A stretch of DNA of 64,000 nucleotides from Amoebidium appalachense (Eukaryota > Protista > Ichthyosporea): assembly GCA_963693365.1 (NCBI GenBank), contig CAVNZM010000002.1, positions 10,720,328 through 10,784,327 of the forward strand. The letters run 5' to 3'. The notes under the pieces are model-generated. The model did not search any database. It had not been told where the DNA came from and was given only the letters and a program-made list of their open reading frames with translations. The position numbers and the translations under genes are program-made. Below are positions 55,160 to 64,000 of the stretch, piece by piece; position 1 is the first letter of the stretch, and each line of letters starts with the position of its first letter.

Positions 55160-58100
55160 CATGGGATGCTCATGCACCATATGCAAAACCTCAGGCACAA
55201 GTGCCGTCGGGACCCAAACTCGGTGTCCGTCTGGCCCAGAACAATGATAAACTAAATCCTGCTCTACCTGACACATTTTTGCTAACTTAGCTACCTTAAT
55301 CATCTGCCTTTTATTTTTAAATTTAATCGAATCAACCGGCCCCTTTAAATAATTCTTAACCAGACCAATCAACACATCTTCCTCCTGAGCTAAGATCAAA
55401 GCCGTAGGTGCTAAGGCAGGGGCCGAGCCATGAGACTCGGTCCCGACCTCAGACACTGACAAATACCTCCCCCCCCCTCTCCTACACTTATAAGCAAGCA
55501 ACCCCGGAACCCAAGAAGACACATCCACAGACACAGCATCTATTCCTTTCTGCTCACTCTCCCCCCCCCCTTCCCCCCCTCCCCCCCCCGTCTCTCACTA
55601 GCCCCCCCCTCCCCCTCCTTCTCTTCTTCAAACAAAATATAAGCAGCACGAGAGAGAGCATCACAGTCAACCATTGTTTCACCCTTGGCATAAAACAATT
55701 TATAGGAGAACTCACCGAGAGCCGCGGCCCACTTCTGCATCCTCTCGTTCACCAGACGAGTGGTGCCGGCCATGGCTAGGCAGGGCTTGTGGTCGGTGTA
55801 GACCTCAAACGTCCTGCCTGCGAGTATATACCTCCATGCCTGTGAGACTGCCCAAAAGATAGCATGGGACTCTCTCTCCGGATTGCTATATCTACGTTCA
55901 CTTTTACTAAATGAACGACTAGCATAAGCAATCACTCTATCCTGCCCCTCCTGCACTTGATATAACACGGCCCCCTCAGCAACCTTACTTGCATCACACC
56001 GAACTTTAAACATTCCCCCCCCGGCCGAAAAATCAGGATGAACAAGCATACTCGAAGACTGCAAAGCTAACTTAAGCTTTTCGAAAGCAGAAACAGCATC
56101 AACATTCCAATCTATTCTATTCTTCTTCTCCCCCCCCGTCTGACTAGTTAACGGCAAAGCCAGCATACTATAATCCTTAATATAACGACGAAGATAATTA
56201 GTTAAACCTAAAAATTGCCTTAGTTGAGTGACAGTCTGAGGACGGGGCCACTCAACTATGGCCCGGATTTTCTCCGGATCAGGGGAAAGACCATTACTAG
56301 ACACAATATGACCTCAAAACTTAATCTCTGGCACACCAATCACAGTCTTGCTACCGCTAATACGGAGACCAGACTCACCCAAAGCTAAAAATACTTTTTC
56401 ACAATTATTAACTAACTCCTCAAATGACCTACCTTTAATTAAAACATCATCCAAATAAGGGTGGCATACATCCAAATGAGGGTGGAGAATTTTATACATT
56501 ACCCGGCACAACATAGCTGGAGAGGAGAGCAAACCCATCGGCACCACCTTGTACTGGAACAGCTGGTCCCCCAGTGCAAAGGCAGTCTTCTCCTTGCTGC
56601 TCTCCTCCAACCTTATCTGCCAAAAAGCTGCTTTTAAATCAAGTTTAGCAAAGTGAGTATAGCCGTGCAGCTGTGAAAGCTGCTCGTCTATGTTAGGGAG
56701 AGGCCATTGGTCTGCCTTAGTGATCCGATTCAGAGCCCTGTAATCGTTCACTAGACGCCAAGACCCGTCGGGCTTCTTAACCAATAGCACCGGACTTCTC
56801 CACGGACTCGAACTATGCTCCACATGACCCTTTTTTAACATATCACTCACTATTATTAGCGCATCCGACAATTTATACTGCTCCATTCTATAGCTAGGCA
56901 TCACTACCGGCCTATTATCACCTGTGTCGATCTGCATTTCAAACCCTTTAACGAAGCCTACTTCGTTATCATCGGCCAGAAATGCAAACCGAGTCCTATC
57001 AAATAACTTAGCTAGCAATTTTTTCTGTTCTACCGTCCAATCCCCCTCCTTCATACCAAACGGCAATACTAACTCCGGGTTACCCCCATCACAAGTGGAT
57101 GCATCCTTATTCACCGGAGTGCCACTTAACATTTCACCTCCTGTATTACATCGGTGCTGCTCGGGGTGAGGTTGAGGTGCCTCCGGATATAGGCGGTCAC
57201 CCTTAGCACCCCCCCTCCCCCCGGCACACCAATGCCCCCGGGCAATTCCTGATGAGTTAGTGCATGTATGTGGGGGGCCAGGTCTGTGGCCACCCTGCCC
57301 CCCACGGTGTTGGTTAACCCGTCAGATCCACGGGTTAGACCAACACCCTCCCCCCCTGCCTGCACATTCTCACACCCGGGGTGACCCTCCTTCCTCTTGG
57401 GGGTCGGGGGAGTGGGACCGGTGCTGTCCCGGTCCCCCCCCCCATCGTGTCGGGTGACATTTTGGTGGCTAACGTTAAATAAAGTTGTTCCCCCTCCTCC
57501 TGAGTCACCCTTCGAGCCGGCATCCTCCTTTTGGGTAATAAGAGAGACCTCTATACTACCAATCTCATTAGTGAAACTACCGACGGAAACACCTGACCTA
57601 ATCACTATAGGCTCGATGCCCGGATTCACTAATTCTATTTCTATTGTCTTATCCGGCCATACCCTACTAAGGGTCCATTGGGCCACCTCCTGAAATGGGG
57701 TTTTCGGAGTAAAAACCCCTAAATCCCCTATCCTAACATGATTGCCGGCCCGGACACGTACCGTTTGGCACTGATAAGGCTCGATTACTACTTCAGCTAC
57801 CGTTCTAGCACCAGACTGATAACCGTCGAGCCCATCATGGGTTTTAATTTTAACGCCGGACTGCAATTCTAAAACATTCGTACGTTCAAACAAAGCATTC
57901 ACATGTCTACGGAAAAATGGGGCTCCCAACAAAACACTTTGAGCTAAATCCTTAACCACATAACAAGCAATATGCATAGCCTGGCCACCTATCTCACACG
58001 GCAACACACAAACACCTTCCACAGACATACTACTATTATTAGCACTACCTAAGGCTGTGCTAGAGGCATCTAAAATAGGAATTTCCCCCCCGGCCTGATT

Positions 58101-58894
58101 AAAACGACGAATAAACGAAGCATGCACACAATTAACCTGAGCCCCTCCATCGAGCAAAGCAACAGCCTTCAACTTACCATCAGCTAACCATACGTCTATA
58201 TAATGCCGGCTAAAACCAACTAAATCCTCCTCCAATTCAAGCAACACATCATCACTCACACCCAATCCCTGCCCCCGAAGACTCACACCCTCGATACCTA
58301 CGTGCAACATACCTACCTGTGGTGCCTGCACGGGTGGGGTGGGGTGTGTATGTGGTGTGGGCGGTGGTGGAGTGTGTGTGTGTGATGTGTGGGTGGGTGG
58401 TGTGTGTGTGGTTGGTGTATGTGTGGGTGTGTGTGTGGGTGTAGGTGTGTCTGCAACCGTCGTATGTTGTTGTGGTGGTGTGTGTCTACGTGTCTGTGCC
58501 TTCCCCCCCTTCCCCCTTTACTCGTGTGTGTCCCCCCCCCTCCCGGAAACAATGGCACAGAAACCCCCTCCGGTGTGGTTAGAATAAACACCGGGTTGGG
58601 ACAAGAAACACTGAGACCATCCACTTGTGGCTGGGGAACCTTCCCCAACCACAAAACATTCACACCATTCATACCTTTGGTAGAGTGACCCCACAAACAT
58701 TCATGCCATACCACCTCGACGCTGTCTTGAGGACCCAGGACGATGCCCGGCTCCCACACGTATCGGGGCGGTGAGGGGGCAAAGGGAAGCTTAACCTGGG
58801 GTGGGGGAGGGTGAAGGTTCTCTGCAACCTGGGGGGGACCGATACTGTCCCCCCCCCCTCCCTCCGTGACCCCAGCTTCCCCCTCCCCCGGAAC
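55160..58894 (-). pseudogene. pol: 5' part of copy 2 pol (protease, dUTPase-like segment, RT, RNase H, start of integrase)
   Basis: ORFs 57126-58331, 56314-57132, 55540-56304 and 55058-55534. In-frame nonsense change TTA>TGA in RT KFLGH at 56314-56316. Truncated at HEHPM by the insertion. Confidence 0.93.
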
Positions 58895-60229
58895 TCAATA
58901 GCTCTTGTAACTACGGCAATATGCAGCAGAGTGCCCTTGTCGGCCACAAAAGTAACATGCACCAAAGAAGGGGCCAGGGGGGACTTCAAAACCTTGGCGC
59001 AAAGCATAACCGGGAGCCCGGTCATGCTGGGGGGGCCCACCGTGTGCACCACGGCCCCCCCTTCCCCCCTGCCCCCCTCGGCCTCTCTCACCACCATTTC
59101 CACCCCTCCCTCTACCCTGCCCACCACCACGAGCAAGATAAGGGGCAAACCTCTCGGTGAACTGCTGCTGTTGTCCTCCACGTCCACCTCGGCCACGACC
59201 GCCGTGTCCACCCCGGTCGCCGCCACGGCCACCCCGGAAGCCGAAGCCCCCTCGGCCAGAAAAGACGGCCTGGGAGAGCTCGGCAACCTGCTTGACCAAC
59301 ATGGTGAGTGCATCTGGCTGTTCACCCTCTTTTTTCTCTTTTTCCTCCTTCTGTCCACTCTCCTTCTTTTTCTTGTCTACTTCCATCACCTCCTTTTTAT
59401 CCCTCTTATTGAACTTCACCTCGTGCATGGCAAGCAAGTGACGTTTAACATGCAACACCACCTCATCTACATCATCATGCTCCCCAAACATGCGTGCAGT
59501 GTCTGTGTTTACAGAGAGAGCCTTACGAGCAAACTCAAACTTTTCCCTATCACTCACGTCACCAGCTAACTCACAAAGGTCTTCAAAGACCCGATATTCC
59601 CTCTCAAAGAATGCACGAGCTTCTACGGGGGACATATCTAAAGTGGGAAAGGTATACTTCCATTCTCTGAGCTGGGCCCGGAAGGTACGGCGCCGGTCGG
59701 CCGTCAGGTATCGGCCGACGAGCCGGGCCGTATACTCGAGCTCGTTTTCCGGCCGTGTGAAGGCCTCGAGCTCCCCGTCCACGTCGTCGGTGCTGTTTTC
59801 GTCCTCGTCGTCGGGGATGAATCGTGCGGCCAGACGTTTCTGGCCGAGTGTCCGGGACACCATCTCGTCCCTCCCCTCGTCGTACTGCTGCTCGTATATA
59901 CGAGCCGTCACCTGGGGGGCCTGCTCGGCCCGGTACGGGTGCTCCTCCATCAGGGTGCATAAGTCGGCCATTGTTTTGTGGTCGATGCACTGTTTGATCA
60001 TTAAGCACGAGGCCGCCACAGTGGGGGCCTTCTTTGTGTCTAACACTAGTGTGGGTGTGTTAGCTAGGAGTGTCCTAAGCCACCTAGGTATTTCCGAGTC
60101 GTGTTTGAGTGTAAAACTGAAAGCTGTGGTCTGTCTAACGTCTAGTGTATGAACCTGTGGTACCTGTGTGTGCAGGGAGCTATCCTCCGCTGCCAATGCG
60201 TAGAACATGTCTACGTTAAACTTAGCCAT
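58895..60229 (-). CDS. gag: Gag of copy 2, intact 444 aa, RGG-rich with CCHC knuckle
   Basis: Single ORF ending CYFCGRQGHSAAYCRSYKSY*. Confidence 0.95.
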   Translation of the reverse strand: MAKFNVDMFYALAAEDSSLHTQVPQVHTLDVRQTTAFSFTLKHDSEIPRWLRTLLANTPTLVLDTKKAPTVAASCLMIKQCIDHKTMADLCTLMEEHPYRAEQAPQVTARIYEQQYDEGRDEMVSRTLGQKRLAARFIPDDEDENSTDDVDGELEAFTRPENELEYTARLVGRYLTADRRRTFRAQLREWKYTFPTLDMSPVEARAFFEREYRVFEDLCELAGDVSDREKFEFARKALSVNTDTARMFGEHDDVDEVVLHVKRHLLAMHEVKFNKRDKKEVMEVDKKKKESGQKEEKEKKEGEQPDALTMLVKQVAELSQAVFSGRGGFGFRGGRGGDRGGHGGRGRGGRGGQQQQFTERFAPYLARGGGQGRGRGGNGGERGRGGQGGRGGRGAHGGPPQHDRAPGYALRQGFEVPPGPFFGACYFCGRQGHSAAYCRSYKSY

Positions 60230-60376
60230 TGTGTGGTGTTCGGGTGGTTGTGTTTATGTTTTTTTTTTTTTTTTTTTTTTTTTTTTTCTGTGTGTATGAG
60301 GTGTAGCAACAGCCCAGAAGGAACTGTCACCGCGTTACCCTAGCGCGAAAAACCGCACTAAAAGAAAGGTGTAGCT

Positions 60377-61097
60377 TGTCGTATCCTATTATATGTGTAC
60401 TAGAGACGCGGCACTCTACTAAGTGTACACACACGAAAAGGAACGAACGTGTACAGAAAAACGGTAAAGTTTATTCAGACCAGGCTCCGACGGGCAAAAC
60501 TTAGATCCGTACGAAATGAGTCTAAGTTACGACTGAGGCCATCAAGGCCGTGCCCTACAAGATCATCATCACCTGGCCCCCTACGATGCCACATTCCGTA
60601 CATTCCGATCTAACTTTATCGTGTGCCTGCACGAGCTAAGTCGATCGGCTCACACTAATATATTTATCTAAGTCTCACCCCTCTCCCTTCCCCTAGTGGC
60701 ACCGCAGAGTCTAATTCTACATTTCATACTATCTCCCTCCCCCCTCCCTCCCCCCTTTCCTCTGTCATCGAAATATATAAATACGTTTGGCAGCATACAC
60801 TATCAGAACTTGCCAATATTTACAAAAGGGCTTCTGCCCGAACAATCACATTCCTAAGTCCTCCTACGATTTATCCTACACACTAATTAGAATTCTATTG
60901 GTCGGCTGTCCCAGCTGACGTGGTCCTGCCCTGCGCCGGCAGAGGCAAGATGATGCACGCAGCTGCACAGCTATCTTGAGGCCCCGGACTTGATCTTGAT
61001 GATCTGTGGACCCGGGCCACCCCCCCCCCCCCCCCCCCCCCCCCGGATCTCGATCGTAGACTTAGGCTAATCTGCTGAGACGGATTAGTATATGTCA
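60377..61097 (-). repeat. 5' LTR of copy 2
   Basis: Near-identical to 35486-36201. Confidence 0.97.
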
Positions 61098-62761
61098 GGG
61101 ATCAATGTCCATGTTATGGAACTGCTCCAAAATAAACGATCATAGCACCACTGGGACATGTGTCCGCAAGTGCGTGATCATGCTATATTATGTACTAACA
61201 CGTGTGATTATCATGTGCAGATCACCAAGTGTCACTCTTGACATGTGACACTCGCGTCCACACGGCGGACGCACCCATATCATGTTTTGGCACGCGCAGT
61301 TCAATGATCTGCCTGCGGCGGTATCACGTGTATCACCCGCCGGCAGGCGACTGCGCACGTCACTATAATATGTATTGAATGTACATCAAGAGATTGAGGT
61401 AGACGGGCTCCGTGTCACTGATTGGACTAGCAATTTAGCTGTCCAGATCAGGCTCGGGTAAGTGAGTAACGGTTGGCTGAGAACCCCAACAATTGTTGTC
61501 ACACAATTTGTGGGAGATCCGAAGGTATAAAACAGCACACGCAAGCAAGACCAGGACACCAGTTCATCACCACTTCTTCAAGGCAAGTACTTCTACAGAC
61601 CAAAGTGTGCTGTGCTGCCGTTACTAAGGTTGACACCAATACTGGTGCTTCATCAACCCGCTCTACCATACAAACACCTGTTGTTTTCCTTCTCTCTACC
61701 CTTTATTTCTAGCACGGCTACGGCTGCGCTCTACCCCTCTGGCCGCTTATGCTAAGGGTCCTTTTTGGCTGTAGCTGCCTAGCTCGCCACACGTGTGCTT
61801 GGTGCCCCAACCCTAGACGGTTGGAGCAGCCACCGACGACGGTGCCCTGAGTCTAAACACTTTGGGCTACCTATGCACACTTACACACACCACACCACGA
61901 ACCACCACATACATACATCATTGAGTGCAGACGGTGGTCTTTGAGTAGGTTGGGGCCCTGGACAACGGCTAACACATCACTGTGAATTGGTGTGAAGGCT
62001 TGCCTCCCAACGAAAGTCTACTACTTCATTCTTTGATACGCACGCACACACATGTACACGCGACGCGTGGCTGTAGTACGCACTTGACTAGGCTCCGCTG
62101 AGAATCCTTTTACATCCCTCTTTTGGGCAATACCCGTACAGTCTGAGCTACACCTAATTTTCGGCCACAGCATAGTCTTTTTGCGCAATATCATATTCAC
62201 AGCGTCGCAGCTACCGCGTCAGAGATTCTTCTGAGGAGGAGTCAGACAACCCCTACGCACCCACGTACGACGGACTAAGTGACTTTGACAACGACAATGG
62301 AGGAAGTGAGTCCGACGGTTACGCTGACAGTGCGTCAGACGGCAGTCATGATGCAGGCAGACACGGTGCATACGCACCTAAAAGCGCTGATTCTGATGAA
62401 CAAGACAGAGAGGGGTCCGTTGGTGAGCGCGCTGCAGATTCAGAGGTGGTACTGTCTCCTGCAGGCAGCGGCATACTGGACGAGAGTGATGAAGACCATG
62501 AGTCTCGGGACGGAAACCAAACATCACCAAGCCCTCCAGTCAACCGACGTCGTCGCCAGCGCGATACAGAAAATGAACGGTCACCTATGGACGACACAAG
62601 TGATTCTGAGCACATACGCCCCCCCGCTGCACGCGCACCTCTCGGTGGTGTGTTCTTGCCCCCCTTTTCCGGTCGCGGCATGCCCGCACCTGACAGACTG
62701 GACAACACTGCGCCTCGCGCTGATAAAGGCCCACGAGTCAGGTTCAGACCTAGTGCAGCTG

Positions 62762-64000
62762 ATGAGAGCGATGGCGACGGAGTACTCTGAGAACCCTGCA
62801 CCAAACGACAACCGCGGCAGATCACCCGTTCGGGGCCCTCGCTCTGACACACGCAACGACAAACATGGACATCGCTCTACGGAGCGTTCATTGGCCAACA
62901 CCGACACTGACATGGCGCGACGTGAGCAACACGACAAAGGCAAAGATCATGTGGGCACAACACCCCGCCTTTCGGGCCCTCACAGAGTAATCATTCCTGA
63001 TGATCCCATGTGCCTGCAGCTGTGTTACCTTCTCCAAGCCGCCAAAGAGCACATGATGTTCGAAGATCCGCACGCACCCAACCACGGCATGCCCAAGGTT
63101 GGTCCCAAGGGGACATGTGACCAGTCGACGGTGGTTTTTGACATGATGTGGCGCTGCCCCGACGACCACAAGTGGCACAAGGGTGCAGAACGGGCCTTTT
63201 CGGAGGTGTTTGTTAAGCACCCCAAGAAATTCCTTCGTCAGATTACCCGTCACTATCTCACCGAGAAGCAAGTCTCACGTCTATCCCTGAAGGACGCGGT
63301 GGCCCGCAGTATGGACAACAGAGACTTTGTCGACGAAACCATCTCAGCAATGGATGCCCTCGCCACGTGTGCGGAAAAGCTCGGGCGCAATGGGCACGCA
63401 CTGATCGCTAAGACCGTACAAATGCAAGCTGAGATGGTTCTACGTGCATGGGAGCTGGCCGATGCTGCTAATCCCATGGAACTCGACGGCACACCCGCCA
63501 AACTGTCCAATCGCACAACCAAGCCACTTGCTCTGTTCTCCGAGGAGGATTCCTTCGGCCAAAAGCTCTCTAGCTTCACCGGTTGCGGCACGGCATCTGG
63601 CCTATATGGCACGTCGGAACAGCGCGACTTCATCCAGCAACACATGCACCAGTTCCTCGATCATTGTTCAGACCTCAAGTACTTCAACGGCCGCAAGATC
63701 GACGGTCCTCTCCCACGCCAGACCAACAAAACGTTCAAACCAGACAAGGAGGTGTGGCCGGGCGTAGTGCAGAGCATCGCAGACCACGTTTCACGCCCCA
63801 TGCCCGACTTTTCCTACATCGTCGAGCATTGGCACAAGGAGCAGTACGGCAACACCTACGGCAACGGGGTCTATGCTGCATACCTCGCCGCTCTCGCCAC
63901 CAAATTACGCAAAATGGGTGGCGACAACCCGCTGTCCCACGCCAATGTTGCGGCTGACTGCTTCATGCGTGGTCTCGCCCAGGTCAACGACGACAATGTC
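62762..64000 (+). CDS. Intronless ORF open to the window end (at least 413 codons), possibly Gag/ORF1 of another retroelement
   Basis: Manual translation from ATG 62762 is stop-free to 64000 (…YAAYLAALATKLRKMGGDNPLSHANVAADCFMRGLAQVNDDNV). It is missing from the ORF track because it has no stop. An overlapping acidic open frame (62176-62790) precedes it. Confidence 0.6.
   Translation, partial: MRAMATEYSENPAPNDNRGRSPVRGPRSDTRNDKHGHRSTERSLANTDTDMARREQHDKGKDHVGTTPRLSGPHRVIIPDDPMCLQLCYLLQAAKEHMMFEDPHAPNHGMPKVGPKGTCDQSTVVFDMMWRCPDDHKWHKGAERAFSEVFVKHPKKFLRQITRHYLTEKQVSRLSLKDAVARSMDNRDFVDETISAMDALATCAEKLGRNGHALIAKTVQMQAEMVLRAWELADAANPMELDGTPAKLSNRTTKPLALFSEEDSFGQKLSSFTGCGTASGLYGTSEQRDFIQQHMHQFLDHCSDLKYFNGRKIDGPLPRQTNKTFKPDKEVWPGVVQSIADHVSRPMPDFSYIVEHWHKEQYGNTYGNGVYAAYLAALATKLRKMGGDNPLSHANVAADCFMRGLAQVNDDNV

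Overview
Eukaryotic, intron-rich genomic DNA (short GT-AG introns, poly-C/G and (CA)n tracts, many homopolymer-length frameshifts suggestive of long-read assembly error). The gene set (HIP1/Sla2-type I/LWEQ protein, KICSTOR subunit KICS2, acetyl-CoA synthetase) fits an opisthokont, possibly a unicellular holozoan; this is inference. The left ~23 kb holds four host genes and two small TA-target TIR elements sitting in minisatellites. The right ~41 kb is a transposon nest: a LINE fragment, then two near-identical chromodomain-bearing Ty3/gypsy elements lying tail-to-tail (24460-32500 +, TSD AGTTG; 35486-61097 -, TSD GGGAT), then an open gag-like ORF at the edge. Main finding: the second LTR element is split inside its integrase by a 17,266-bp DNA transposon (37894-55159; 15-bp TIRs CATCAGCAATCTTGT, 2-bp TSD CA). 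It carries a nine-exon, apparently intact Plavaka-family transposase and, divergently, a KDM4/JMJD2-like JmjC histone demethylase with intact Fe/2OG/Zn ligands, making it a candidate transposon-encoded anti-silencing system. Both LTR copies also show an in-frame UGA gag-pol junction followed by a strong stem-loop, and lack a canonical tRNA PBS. All family calls are by motif recognition; no database search was run.
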